Below are positions 44,779 to 54,795 of a DNA stretch of 64,000 bases, piece after piece. A model generated the notes under the pieces. It worked only from the letters and a program-made list of their open reading frames with translations, did no database searches and was not told the DNA's origin. Source of the DNA: Bradymonadia bacterium (GTDB taxonomy: Bacteria; Myxococcota_A; Bradymonadia; UBA7976; UBA1532). How positions within the stretch are numbered: position 1 is the stretch's first letter; every line of letters begins with the position of its first letter. The position numbers and the translations under genes were made by a program. The stretch covers positions 288,001 to 352,000 of the forward strand of contig JBKAGE010000034.1 of the NCBI GenBank assembly GCA_046290225.1. The letters are read 5' to 3'.

Positions 44779-45569
44779 AGATCACCCCGGGGCCCGACGA
44801 GACCCTCGATCGCCTCAGCGCCACCCTCCAAATTCTACAGCGCCGCAAAGGGCACCGCGCTACGTCGGACGACGTAATCCTCGCGGCTCTGGCCACAGAG
44901 GCGGCGCCGCAGGCCCGAAACATCCTCGATCTGGGTACAGGCAAGGCGACAGTGGCCATGATGATGGCCCGCCGACTGCCCCACAGCACTCTGGTGGGCG
45001 TCGAGGCGGAGCCAGTGAGCGCCGAGTTGGGGCAACGCAACACAGTCCTTAACGATTTGGGCCACCGTCTTTCGGTGGTCGCCGGGGACGTGCGAGACGC
45101 CGAGCTTCTGCAGAGCCTGCGCCCTCCAGCCGGTTTCGATTTGATTACGGGGGCCCCTCCCTTCATGCCCTTGGGCACAGGTGTTCTCCCTCAAGATCGT
45201 CAGAGAGCCACAGGGCGCTTTGAACTGAGAGGTGGGGTCGAGGCCTATGCCCATGCAGCGGCCCCTCTACTGGCCGAGAGCGGGCGGCTCGTCATTTTGA
45301 TGGATGGTCTGCAGGGCGAGCGGGCGATCCGGGCCTTTGCGGATGAGGGCCTCAGGGTGTCGCGCCAGATCGACATTTCACCCAGGCCCGGGCGGCCGCC
45401 GACCTATTCGGTCGTGTTCGGTGAGCGGGGTGTGTCGAAGGGTTCAGTCATCACCCAAGCCCCCATCACCCATTCTCACTGGGCCATGCGAAACGCTGAC
45501 GGGGATGGCTGGAGCGCACGCTACGGCGCCCTGCGGGCCGTCCTCGAACTCGACCCCGTGGCGCGCTGA
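44775..45569 (+). CDS. tRNA1(Val) A37 N6-methyltransferase-like (YfiC/TrmN6 family)
   Basis: LQILQRRKGHRATSDDVIL, ILDLGTG, FDLITGAPPF (NPPY-like), GRLV. Confidence 0.78.
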   Translation: MKITPGPDETLDRLSATLQILQRRKGHRATSDDVILAALATEAAPQARNILDLGTGKATVAMMMARRLPHSTLVGVEAEPVSAELGQRNTVLNDLGHRLSVVAGDVRDAELLQSLRPPAGFDLITGAPPFMPLGTGVLPQDRQRATGRFELRGGVEAYAHAAAPLLAESGRLVILMDGLQGERAIRAFADEGLRVSRQIDISPRPGRPPTYSVVFGERGVSKGSVITQAPITHSHWAMRNADGDGWSARYGALRAVLELDPVAR

Positions 45570-48500
45570 GCGCTGGAGCCTCGAGCGCTCCGCCGAGACT
45601 TCTTCTGCCCCTTGCGGCGGCTCTTGAGGCTGATTACGGCCTCTTCTTCCATCAGACGGTTCATCTGACGGGCGAGATCCCGATGCTCAGCGTACCGATC
45701 GGCGCCGATACGCTCGCACGTGCGGGTCAATGTAAAGTCCACGGTGAACCCGGCCTTCGCAGATTTGACCTCTCTGGCCAGAGCGAGACAGTCGGTGCTC
45801 AGCGTCCGCGGCTCGGGCAGCTGCTCGAGAGCGAGCTCCTGGGGCAAGTCTACGGCGACGGACCACACCATGGTCTGAGGCGGACCCATGAGCACGGGGT
45901 GCTGGCGATCCGCGAGGGTGAACAGGCTCTGGGGTTGCCAGCCGATGGGGATCTTGAGTCGCAAGGTGTCGTCCTCGACCCGGGCCACAGCGGGGGCCTC
46001 GAATTTCAGCTTCACCTCTGCGGGGGCATCGAGACGCTTGAAGTCCACCACCTCGTGCCCCAGCAGGCGGCCGCCGGGGTACGCCACCCCGACCTGTTGC
46101 TGGAGCAGCTGCGAGAGCTTCTCGGGGTTGCGCCCCGCCTTGCGCAAGCGAGAGCCGATCCGGCCACGACCGGTGAGCACCATCTCGCCCTGAGCGTCTC
46201 CCTCGGCGCTGAGGGTGAACCGGGAGGCGATGCGCGTGTGATCCACCTTGGGGCTCTGGAACGGAATCTGCCGCCAGCTGTGCACGTGACTGTACGGGTC
46301 GAAGACCAGTGACCAGGTGCCCTGGTCGTCATGGCGGAGCACCTCGACGTCGAGGGCGTCGACGGTGGGATCGTAGAAACGACCCTGCTCGATGCCCTCT
46401 TGAGCGGGCAGGTAGACGATGGCGTGGTTGAACTGCTGCATGGGCACGGTGCGCCTCACCGGCCCGGCGTCTCGAGTGCGTACCAGGGCAAAATGAGCCT
46501 TGATGCCGGCGAGCCGCGCGAGGGTGATGAAGAGGACCGCCTTGTCTTTGCAGTCGCCGTAGCGTCGGGCTACCACCATGGGCGCGGCGTGGGGCTTCAC
46601 ACCGGCGATGTGACCTTCGTAGTCCTGCTGATACCTGATCTCGGTCATGATCCAGGCCTGCAGGCGCTCCACCTTCTCCTGAGGGGTGCTGGCACCCTCG
46701 AAGACGGTCTTCGCCAGGGCCACGAGCTCGGGCGTCTCCCGGAACGCGTCCGTGAGCAGCGCCTCCTCCCACTTCCAGAAGGTGTCCCAGTCAGGGACCG
46801 TGCTCACCACGACGTGGGCGGCGACCTCGTGGAGTGTGGGCATGCCGGGCTCGGCGATGATGGGGGCCATGTTCTTGGCGGCCCACTCCACGCGGACCTG
46901 GCCATCGCGTTGCTCTTCTCGGCGAAAGACTGTGCCGATCTTGCTTTCGAGGAAGGTGGTGTCCTCAGGCGCCCACAGCACCCACCGGCCCAACCGGGTC
47001 TGCAGGTTGGGCAGCTGGAACCACCACTGCCGCGCGAGGTGGTTGGCGAGGTAGCCGTCGGGGCGAGCGTCGAGGCGGTACTGCAGCACGACCGTGGTGC
47101 CCACAGACAGCTGTCGGAAGCGTACGGTTCGCCCGCGGATGCTGCTGGCCTCGATCCGGCTGCCATCGGGGCCTACGGCGAAGGCATGGAAGATGCGGGT
47201 CCGCCCGCCACCCCGCAGCCGCAGCTTGGTGAGCCGGTCACGCCCCGCCTCGTTCACGGCGTGGGCCACGGTGGTGATGACGTTGATGGTGCTGCCGTCG
47301 GACTTCAGCTCAGTGACTTCGTCGTCGAGCAGGTAGATCACGTCAGCGCTCGACGCGGGCTTCACCTCGGCCCGGGCCATGATGGCCTCGATGAGGGCTT
47401 TCTCGTCGGGTACGTCGTCGGCCCACGGCCCCTGCTGCTCAGGGGCGAGCCAGGCGAGGCGGTTGGCGAGCTTTTCGTCCTCGGGCGCTCGGGTGAGGGC
47501 CGCCTTCCAATGGGCCACGGCCTCTTCGGTCTGGCCCCGCTGCTGCGCGAGGGCCCCGAGCCGGCGGTACACGTCAGGGTGATCAGGATCGATGGCCTTG
47601 AGGGCGTCGAGGGCCTTCAGGGCCCCCTGATGATCGCCCTGACGGCGGCGGGTCTCTGCGAGCCGGCGCCAGCTCTCGAGCCGCGCGGGCCATGCCCGGG
47701 TGAGCCGCTCGGCGTACTGAGCCGCTCGGGCGTAGTCGTCATTGCCCTGGGCGTGCCAGTGAAGCGCCTTGAGAGCGTTGAGGCTGTTGGGCAAGGCCTC
47801 GAGCACATCGCGATAGATGCCAGCAGCCCGCGGGTAGAGGCGCAAATCTTCATAGCAGTCGGCGAGATCGAGACGCACCAGCGGCCACCGTGGGTGCTGG
47901 CGATCGATCTCGCTGAGGAGGGCACAGCGCTCTTCGTGCCACTCTTCGGCACGGAAGATGTCCGCGAGGGCGATCCCCGCTGAAGGCCTCTCCGGGTGTG
48001 CTTTCACCACCTCGGAGAGGAGCGCACGGGCCTTCTCACCGAGCTTCTGCTGACTCCAGAACCGGGCCTGCTTGAGCTTGAGCAACAACAGCGCCCCGCC
48101 GGCTTCTTTGGCAAGGCCACTGATCATGTCCGAGGTGCGGCCCCGCTCGCTGTTGTCCCAGAGGGCAATGGCGAGCATGTATCGACCAGGCAAACTCTCG
48201 GGGTGGGCGGCGACGAAGCGCTCGGCGGCAGAGGCAGTACCCGCCCGGCTGCCCACGAGTCGGGCATATTCGAGCGCGAGGAAAGCCTTGCGGGCCGGGC
48301 CGCCCTGGATGGTGCTCACCCGCGCTTCGAGTCGGGACTCGGGGGTGTAGGGCGCCTTCACCACCCTCTGAGTGGAAGGCGTGGTGCTCAACTCGAGGCG
48401 CTTGAGGACACCAGCAGCAACGACGGCGCCCCCTGGGCCAGTCACTCGCAACCCGAGAGACCAGCTGCCAGTTTTCTGAGCGCTCTTGATCAGCACGCGG

Positions 48501-49429
48501 TGCGGGCCCGCAGTGAGGGTGACGGGCAGCACTACACCGTCGAACATCTGACGTTTGATCCGCTCGTCGCTGAAGACGAGCACATCGTCGACCCACACCT
48601 TCACCGGATCTCCGGTGCTCAAGCGCAGCTCATAGTCGCCGGCCTTGGACTCGAAGGCGGTGGCAGCATATGCGATGGACCACGTATTGGGGCTGAGCAG
48701 GCTGGTGAGATCGAGCTCGCCCCGCCAGTCGGTCTGAGGCTTCAAGCGCCAGCCCACCTGAACCACCTGCCCCGGGTAGCGGCCGTCGGTGTCCACCGAG
48801 CGCTCAGGCGGCAGCTCGGCGTCGAACCCCTTGCCCTGATCGTTGTTCCACGTGCCGACGAGGGCCAACGACGGACGCCAGCCCACAGCATCGTTCATCG
48901 ACTTACGGCCCTCATCGTCACCCCGCAGGTGCATGGATGCGGCGAGGGTGTAGGCGGCGAGGGCCCTGATCTCCGGGTTGGGGTGCTCGCGGCTCAATGT
49001 GTGGCACAGCGACTCCACCTGCGCCCGCTGATCCAGGCTCCAGGACAAAGCGCGCAGTCGATGCAGCAGCAGCCAGGCATCGTCAGCCCCAGGATCAGTC
49101 AGGGCGCTGATCAGATGATCGATCTCGTCCCCCTGGCGATCTTCGAACCGTGCGAGATCGGCAGCGAGGCTGTGATACAGCGCGCCGTTGGCGTCTGCAG
49201 CGCGGGCAGCTTCCACAGCGGCCCGCATCTGCTCGGGGCCCTTCGCCGTGTAGTACGCCTCCGCGGCCTCGACAGCCGCAGGCGACATGCTGGATGCTGA
49301 CTTCATGGGGGTGGGCTTGAGGGCGGCTCCGCCACACCCCGAGAGCATGAGTGGGGCGGTGAGCAGCGCCAGAAGCACGCCCTTCGCAGGGCGGCGGGTT
49401 CGCGCTGGGTGATGTTGGGATCGGCGCAC
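45521..49429 (-). CDS. Lipoprotein with TPRs, DUF3857 and a transglutaminase-like domain
   Basis: Lipobox LSGC; TPR run; RYGDCKDKA (Cys), FNHAI (His), FYDPT (Asp) triad. Start approximate. Confidence 0.85.
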   Translation of the reverse strand: MRRSQHHPARTRRPAKGVLLALLTAPLMLSGCGGAALKPTPMKSASSMSPAAVEAAEAYYTAKGPEQMRAAVEAARAADANGALYHSLAADLARFEDRQGDEIDHLISALTDPGADDAWLLLHRLRALSWSLDQRAQVESLCHTLSREHPNPEIRALAAYTLAASMHLRGDDEGRKSMNDAVGWRPSLALVGTWNNDQGKGFDAELPPERSVDTDGRYPGQVVQVGWRLKPQTDWRGELDLTSLLSPNTWSIAYAATAFESKAGDYELRLSTGDPVKVWVDDVLVFSDERIKRQMFDGVVLPVTLTAGPHRVLIKSAQKTGSWSLGLRVTGPGGAVVAAGVLKRLELSTTPSTQRVVKAPYTPESRLEARVSTIQGGPARKAFLALEYARLVGSRAGTASAAERFVAAHPESLPGRYMLAIALWDNSERGRTSDMISGLAKEAGGALLLLKLKQARFWSQQKLGEKARALLSEVVKAHPERPSAGIALADIFRAEEWHEERCALLSEIDRQHPRWPLVRLDLADCYEDLRLYPRAAGIYRDVLEALPNSLNALKALHWHAQGNDDYARAAQYAERLTRAWPARLESWRRLAETRRRQGDHQGALKALDALKAIDPDHPDVYRRLGALAQQRGQTEEAVAHWKAALTRAPEDEKLANRLAWLAPEQQGPWADDVPDEKALIEAIMARAEVKPASSADVIYLLDDEVTELKSDGSTINVITTVAHAVNEAGRDRLTKLRLRGGGRTRIFHAFAVGPDGSRIEASSIRGRTVRFRQLSVGTTVVLQYRLDARPDGYLANHLARQWWFQLPNLQTRLGRWVLWAPEDTTFLESKIGTVFRREEQRDGQVRVEWAAKNMAPIIAEPGMPTLHEVAAHVVVSTVPDWDTFWKWEEALLTDAFRETPELVALAKTVFEGASTPQEKVERLQAWIMTEIRYQQDYEGHIAGVKPHAAPMVVARRYGDCKDKAVLFITLARLAGIKAHFALVRTRDAGPVRRTVPMQQFNHAIVYLPAQEGIEQGRFYDPTVDALDVEVLRHDDQGTWSLVFDPYSHVHSWRQIPFQSPKVDHTRIASRFTLSAEGDAQGEMVLTGRGRIGSRLRKAGRNPEKLSQLLQQQVGVAYPGGRLLGHEVVDFKRLDAPAEVKLKFEAPAVARVEDDTLRLKIPIGWQPQSLFTLADRQHPVLMGPPQTMVWSVAVDLPQELALEQLPEPRTLSTDCLALAREVKSAKAGFTVDFTLTRTCERIGADRYAEHRDLARQMNRLMEEEAVISLKSRRKGQKKSRRSARGSSAQRATGSSSRTARRAP

Positions 49430-49657
49430 GTGCGTGTCGTCCTCTTTGGGCCAGTCTTCGTTCTCGGCTCGGTGTCCGGTGCGAGAGCAGTATGCGCAAT
49501 GCTGCGACACTGCTCTATCTTCTGGCGATGAACGCCAGCGCCTCGAGGGTTCTTCCCCGAGATGTCATCGGATGCTGATTTGCGGCAGATCGGTCACTCG
49601 ACCGATCGCGCTCCGCTGATCACACCCGGCCCCCACGTGCCGAGCAGCAGGGGCACC

Positions 49658-50305
49658 TCATTGTACGGCAAAATTAAACGGATACGTGACCACGGCCACC
49701 CCACCCTCGGGGGGTGGGAACCGCCAGCCCTTGGCGGCGGTCTTGAGGCATTTGGAGACGCTCTTTTTGGGGAGGGTGTCCTTGAGGACCGCGACGCCCG
49801 TCGGCTGACCGTTGCTGCCCAGGGTCCACTGGAGCACCACACGACCGCCGGCATCAGACCCCCCTGCGGAGGCATTGTAGCAGCGCTCCACATCACCCAT
49901 GTGGGCTCTGATCGTGCGCAGCACGGTCCGTTGACCGAGGCGTTGGGGGCGCGGTTTCGCTGCAGGTGCGGCCACCGAAGCGGCCACTTGATCACCTCGG
50001 GGCCTGGCCTTCCGGCGCCGTGACTTTGCCTTGCGGGGCTTTGCTGGAGAGGCCTCCTCGATCTGGATCAACCCCAGCTCGATGCCGGCGTCGGGGACTT
50101 CGGCCACCTCGACGATGGCCGCCTGGGCTTCGATGACGAATTCGGGCTCTTCGAGGGCGGGCTCCGGCGCAGGCTCTTGAGGCGCAGGCGCCACCTTCGA
50201 TGAAGCGGGCTCACTCTCTCCGCCCTTGCCACAGCCCGAGGCGATCATGAGCCCGAACAGAGACCATGCCACCACGGCACTCTTCCAGCGCCCTCTCATC
50301 CTCAC
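49658..50305 (-). CDS. Lipoprotein with an AgmX/PglI (TonB-C-like) C-terminal domain
   Basis: Lipobox ASGC, Pro/Glu/Lys linker, VERCY...GRVVLQWTL...SKCL...WRFPPPEGG.AVVTYPFNF. Confidence 0.82.
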   Translation of the reverse strand: MRMRGRWKSAVVAWSLFGLMIASGCGKGGESEPASSKVAPAPQEPAPEPALEEPEFVIEAQAAIVEVAEVPDAGIELGLIQIEEASPAKPRKAKSRRRKARPRGDQVAASVAAPAAKPRPQRLGQRTVLRTIRAHMGDVERCYNASAGGSDAGGRVVLQWTLGSNGQPTGVAVLKDTLPKKSVSKCLKTAAKGWRFPPPEGGVAVVTYPFNFAVQ

Positions 50306-51477
50306 TCCTCTGACCAGCGAAAGGCCCGCCCCTGGGGGTGGCGGGCGATGTAATAGTCGAGCACCGTGCTCATGAACGGATCAGCGCCTCCGCTCAAACA
50401 CGCCTCGACGAGGGTTTGGGTCACCCGGGGGCCGTTCGGATCGATGAAGGCAGGCCCCACCTTGAACCCGGGCCACGGGCTCTCTGCAGATCCGTCGAGG
50501 TCTTCGTCAGGCACGAGCCGCGCGTAGGGGGCGGTTCTGAACCAGGGCACCGCCCCTCGGCCCACAAGACCCACGAGGGCAGGCTCTCGAGGGCTGGGAT
50601 CGCCATCAGGCACGAAGCCCAGGGCAAAATGGAGCAGTTTGGCCCCTCGATCGCGCCAGGGCATCTCCAGGGCCACCGACTCGTCGGTGCCGTTGACCAC
50701 CGCGCTCACCATGAGCACCCGGGTCCCAGGCACGGGGCGAGGCTCCACGGGCAGCTCGAGCAATTGGGCCAGTGTCTCGGCCAGGGGCCCGTGATGCGGA
50801 CCGGATCCGGCAACACAGTCGAACTGCCACCGGCGCAGACCGATGAGCCGTGTCAGACGACCCACGGTGACCGCCACGTGGCGAGGGGTCAGCAACATAT
50901 ATCGGCTGTGGGCGAGAGGTTGCCCCCCGTCGCCGAGAGTGCCGAGGATGACCGTACTGCCGAAGAGATAGCGGATGGCGCGGAGATCGTCGTTGGAGTC
51001 GCCGAGATCGTCTGGTGCGAGCTGCCCGGGATATTCCCGATACCGGGGGAGCGCGTCGAGGAGCACCTCGGTGCCGTCGACTTCGCGCAGCCTTACCTCG
51101 GCCTCGTCGTACCGGCCGAGGGCGATGAGCATGCGGGCTGCGTTGATGTAGACCTCGGCGTTGTCGAGGCCCTCTGCGATGAGAGACTCGTAGTCCGAGA
51201 GCGCCGCTCGAAAGTGCCGGAGTCGGCCCCTGACATAGGCACGCCACTCGGTGGCTTCAGGGTCAAAACCGAATTTCAACCCCTCGTCGAGGGCCTTGAG
51301 CGCATGGTCGAGGCGCCCGTGCATCGCTTCGAGGCGCCCGAGGGCGACAAAGGGCTCAGGGGTGTCCGGGCCAATGTGGCATGCCTGGCGATAGCACTGA
51401 ATCGCAGCCTCGTCTCGAGACTGCAGTTCGAACTGGCGACCGCGTTCGAAGTGCTTTTGGGCCAGGAGGCTCTTCAC
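50302..51477 (-). CDS. TPR protein with an unknown alpha/beta C-terminal domain
   Basis: N-terminal TPRs (AIQCYRQACHIGPDTPEPFVALG); stop overlaps the next start. Confidence 0.7.
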   Translation of the reverse strand: MKSLLAQKHFERGRQFELQSRDEAAIQCYRQACHIGPDTPEPFVALGRLEAMHGRLDHALKALDEGLKFGFDPEATEWRAYVRGRLRHFRAALSDYESLIAEGLDNAEVYINAARMLIALGRYDEAEVRLREVDGTEVLLDALPRYREYPGQLAPDDLGDSNDDLRAIRYLFGSTVILGTLGDGGQPLAHSRYMLLTPRHVAVTVGRLTRLIGLRRWQFDCVAGSGPHHGPLAETLAQLLELPVEPRPVPGTRVLMVSAVVNGTDESVALEMPWRDRGAKLLHFALGFVPDGDPSPREPALVGLVGRGAVPWFRTAPYARLVPDEDLDGSAESPWPGFKVGPAFIDPNGPRVTQTLVEACLSGGADPFMSTVLDYYIARHPQGRAFRWSEE

Positions 51478-51558
51478 AAATGCGATTCCACTGCGACGGG
51501 TGCACGGGCCTCGAAATCGACGCCTCTTCGACCAGTGTAAGCAGCACGCACTCGAGCA

Positions 51559-53577
51559 TCAACGACGAGGAAGATCTTCTGCACCGGCCCCCTCGGGTGA
51601 CCGTCCTGGCGCCCCTTGCTCCACCAGCGGATCCACCCCGCCCAGCAAGGGCGCCACACCAGGTGCGAGCGCCACTCTGACCGCCTGCTGCCCCAAGGCG
51701 TCGGCATCAATCTGCATCACATGACCCGGGCGCATGAACTGCCCGTGTTTGAAGGCCAGCTTCAACAGACGCTGGAGCTTCTTGCGTATGATGTGTCGCC
51801 CGAGGCGTTCGCCAGTGGGCGGAATCAGCCCGGCGTAGATGTCGGGGCCCGGATGTGGCACCAGCACATCACCCGGGCGTGGGCTTGCGCCCAGAGCGTC
51901 GAGGGTGCTGAGCAATCGAGTGGGATGATCGGGCAGGCCTTGAGCGCCATTGAGTCGAATCCCATGAGGCCGCGGCCAGGCGCCCGGCCCCTGAGGGATG
52001 GTGATCCACGGCCCGGCTCGGAAAAACCCCTCGGCCCCACGGGCAGCCCGGTCGAGCCCCCCCGCCTCCCCGGGAGACAGGGCTGCGAGGAACCGATATT
52101 CCCCGAGGGCGAACTCCACCACGGGCACATAGCCCACGGCCCCTGGCGTTTCAGGATCTCCCACGACCACGCCGATGGCGGATCGGCCCTCGACGAGCAT
52201 GGGGGCCTCGAGACCCAGGTGCTCCAAGGCCTCGGAGACGACACCTCTCAGCCGGCGACTGGTACCGTTGAGCGCCTCGATGCGCAGCAAATCGTCGCGG
52301 GCGGGCAAAACGAGCGGACGCGACGGTCCGGTGAGCATACGGGGGCGCCGCTCTTCTACCCCCTCGGCACCGACCCACCACCACCTGCTGGCGACGCCGT
52401 CACCTTCGTGGGCGAGGGTGATGGGCGAGAGGATGCGGCCCTCCGGGACCGCCTGGAGGCACGCCGGCAGGCCTCTCCATCGTCCACGGCGCTTCCACAA
52501 TGACTGGGCCTCTGAGAGCCACTGGGTCATGATCCTCGTCGTGGAGGCGTCGGCCCCCGGCAGAGGCATCACTCTCAGCGCGCCGCTGCGCCACCGCCGA
52601 TCGACGATGGCCCATCGCGGGCCCTCTCTCTCACTCTGGGCGCTGTAGGGCAGTTCGAGGGCCTCCGCACAGGCCTCTGACAAGCCCGGGCCCTGATAAC
52701 GCGTGAGCCTCAAAGGCTCGAACCTGCGCCACGCTGATCCCAGCATGTCAGCGAGGGTGACCGCCTTCAGGCCTGCTTCATCAAGAGCCCTGGCAATGCC
52801 TTCTGCGGCCTCTGCCACCACACACGGACGGCTCACCGCGTCTTCGCCCTCTGCCCCGGCAACGTCGATGACCACGATGTCACCATCGCCGAGTCGGCCG
52901 CTGAGGGCCTGCACCAGAGCCTCGGGGGACCGTGCGTCGACGTGCAGGCTCCACAACATCACCGGCTGGCCCACTTCACCCGCAGTGCGCATCAGCTTGG
53001 GGCCGATGGCATCGACGGGTGGGCGCCAGCCCAGGGGGAGCGTGCCCTCCTCACCACGGGGATCGAGGCTCTGAAGGATGGCCCGCCCCTCGTCGAGCCC
53101 CGCGGCGAGGTCCTCCGGCGAGCTCTGCCACCGGGCATAGACCGGCTCCGCCAACAGGGCCAGCTCGTGACCATCCTCGGCCACCGTGGAGATGATCTGT
53201 GACCAGGCCTCCTGTCCGCTGGGGCCTTCCCCCTCGGCCACCTCCATCTTCGTCTGCCTGAGCAACCGGACGCGCTCGGGGGACCAGAAGAAGGTCACTG
53301 GGAGAGCCTTGAGGCCTTCGCCAGGAGACTTGAGGGCTTCGAGCGTGCGCAGCGCACAGCGATCGGGGCCGTTGATGGTGATGGCCACCCTGGGAGAGGT
53401 CCCCTCAGGTGCTGGCCCCCCACGGACGTAGACATGATGGAGAGATGAGGCAGTCCAGGGCGCCACGGCCTCGGCCACGGGCCCGGAGCCGCCACACCCA
53501 GCAATGGTGAGACACATGGCGATGGCCGAGGAGGTCAACGCCGACAGGCTCGACGAGAGAGATGGTTTACGCGCCAT
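51559..53577 (-). CDS. Probable lipoprotein with a degenerate polysaccharide-deacetylase (NodB)-like domain
   Basis: Lipobox IAGC; RVAITINGP, PVTFF, GHEL, WRPP, VMLWSL, GDIVVI appear in NodB order. Start uncertain. Confidence 0.6.
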   Translation of the reverse strand: MARKPSLSSSLSALTSSAIAMCLTIAGCGGSGPVAEAVAPWTASSLHHVYVRGGPAPEGTSPRVAITINGPDRCALRTLEALKSPGEGLKALPVTFFWSPERVRLLRQTKMEVAEGEGPSGQEAWSQIISTVAEDGHELALLAEPVYARWQSSPEDLAAGLDEGRAILQSLDPRGEEGTLPLGWRPPVDAIGPKLMRTAGEVGQPVMLWSLHVDARSPEALVQALSGRLGDGDIVVIDVAGAEGEDAVSRPCVVAEAAEGIARALDEAGLKAVTLADMLGSAWRRFEPLRLTRYQGPGLSEACAEALELPYSAQSEREGPRWAIVDRRWRSGALRVMPLPGADASTTRIMTQWLSEAQSLWKRRGRWRGLPACLQAVPEGRILSPITLAHEGDGVASRWWWVGAEGVEERRPRMLTGPSRPLVLPARDDLLRIEALNGTSRRLRGVVSEALEHLGLEAPMLVEGRSAIGVVVGDPETPGAVGYVPVVEFALGEYRFLAALSPGEAGGLDRAARGAEGFFRAGPWITIPQGPGAWPRPHGIRLNGAQGLPDHPTRLLSTLDALGASPRPGDVLVPHPGPDIYAGLIPPTGERLGRHIIRKKLQRLLKLAFKHGQFMRPGHVMQIDADALGQQAVRVALAPGVAPLLGGVDPLVEQGAPGRSPEGAGAEDLPRR

Positions 53578-53670
53578 GAGTTCCACGCTAAGTCCCTCCA
53601 TTGATTGTGTCCACCATCGGCCTCTGTGACCCTTCTCTGCACCCATGCTCGCCACGGGGGGGTAGTTTTA

Positions 53671-54795
53671 ATGCTGCGCCTCATGCTCTCGCTCGTCGCG
53701 ATCGCGCTCACCCCTGGGCTGAGCCGGGGCCAGAGCCGCGACCAGAGTGAAGCGCCGGCAGTGCCCGAGGCGGTATGGCTGATACTCCCCGACCAGGCGC
53801 ACCCCGTCGTGGAGGGTGTTCGCGCAGCGGCACAGGCTCGAGGCCCGGTGACAGTGAGCGTCGGAGATGGCGCTCCGCCTTCTACGCCACATCGCCGCGT
53901 CACCCTCACAGGCGGGCCGCCCTGGCGTCTCCGCATCGATGATCCTGCCCGAGCACCCTGGACGTCGTCGATCCCCGAAGTGAACGGACCACCAGCGACC
54001 GTGAAGCAGGCGGCGAGGTTGCGCGCCGAGTTTTTGTTGGACGCTCCACCCGCAGCGCCGATCCCCGAGCCCGATCCGCCGCCCACCGCAGCGCCGGCGC
54101 GGCCTCTGCCTCCGCCCTTGCCATTGGATCGCCTGAGGGATCTGACGCCCTACGCGCCATCTCCACCACCAGCCCTGCCCACGGTGGACCTGCCGCCGGT
54201 CCCCACCGATGTGTTCGACGGTACCCGCCTGAAGATTCATGGGCCCCCAGGCCCCCTCACGGCGCCAGCGCCTCCCCCGAGGGCCCGGGTCGACGACGCC
54301 CCGAGCCCGGTGCAGGCCCCACAGGCCACGCAGGCCCTGGGGCTGGCCCTCGGCCCTCAAGGGATCGAGCCCACAGCATTGAGAGCAGGCCTGAGCTGGC
54401 GTCTCGCCCTGGGCACTCAGTGGGCCATTGGCGTCGAGGGGCGGGGCCTGTGGCTCTCTCACGACGACGATCCTGCCTGGGGCTTCGGGGGTGCTTTCTC
54501 GTTGCACGTTCAGCCTGAGGGCGTGCCCATCACTGTGCTGGCCCTCGCCGGGCTCGATCACGTCGCCGATGCCCGACCAGCGACACAACCCCTCGCCGGT
54601 GTGGGGGTCGGGTGGACGCTCTTCTCCAACGCAGAGCTCTTCGTCGATCTCGAAGCCCGCCTCGAAGTGGCCCCTGCGCGCCGTGATCTCTTCGTCGACG
54701 AAGATGCGCACGGAAGCTGGCCACAGCTGCGTCCGTGGATTGGCCTCCACTTTCATCTGCCGCTCGCCGATGGGCATCCCATGGAGGGACTATGA
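53671..54795 (+). CDS. Secreted protein with Pro-rich linker and a probable C-terminal beta-barrel
   Basis: Signal peptide; amphipathic beta strands (LRAGLSWRL, WAIGVEGRG, AGVGVGWTL, WIGLHFHL); stop overlaps the sigma ATG. Confidence 0.6.
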   Translation: MLRLMLSLVAIALTPGLSRGQSRDQSEAPAVPEAVWLILPDQAHPVVEGVRAAAQARGPVTVSVGDGAPPSTPHRRVTLTGGPPWRLRIDDPARAPWTSSIPEVNGPPATVKQAARLRAEFLLDAPPAAPIPEPDPPPTAAPARPLPPPLPLDRLRDLTPYAPSPPPALPTVDLPPVPTDVFDGTRLKIHGPPGPLTAPAPPPRARVDDAPSPVQAPQATQALGLALGPQGIEPTALRAGLSWRLALGTQWAIGVEGRGLWLSHDDDPAWGFGGAFSLHVQPEGVPITVLALAGLDHVADARPATQPLAGVGVGWTLFSNAELFVDLEARLEVAPARRDLFVDEDAHGSWPQLRPWIGLHFHLPLADGHPMEGL

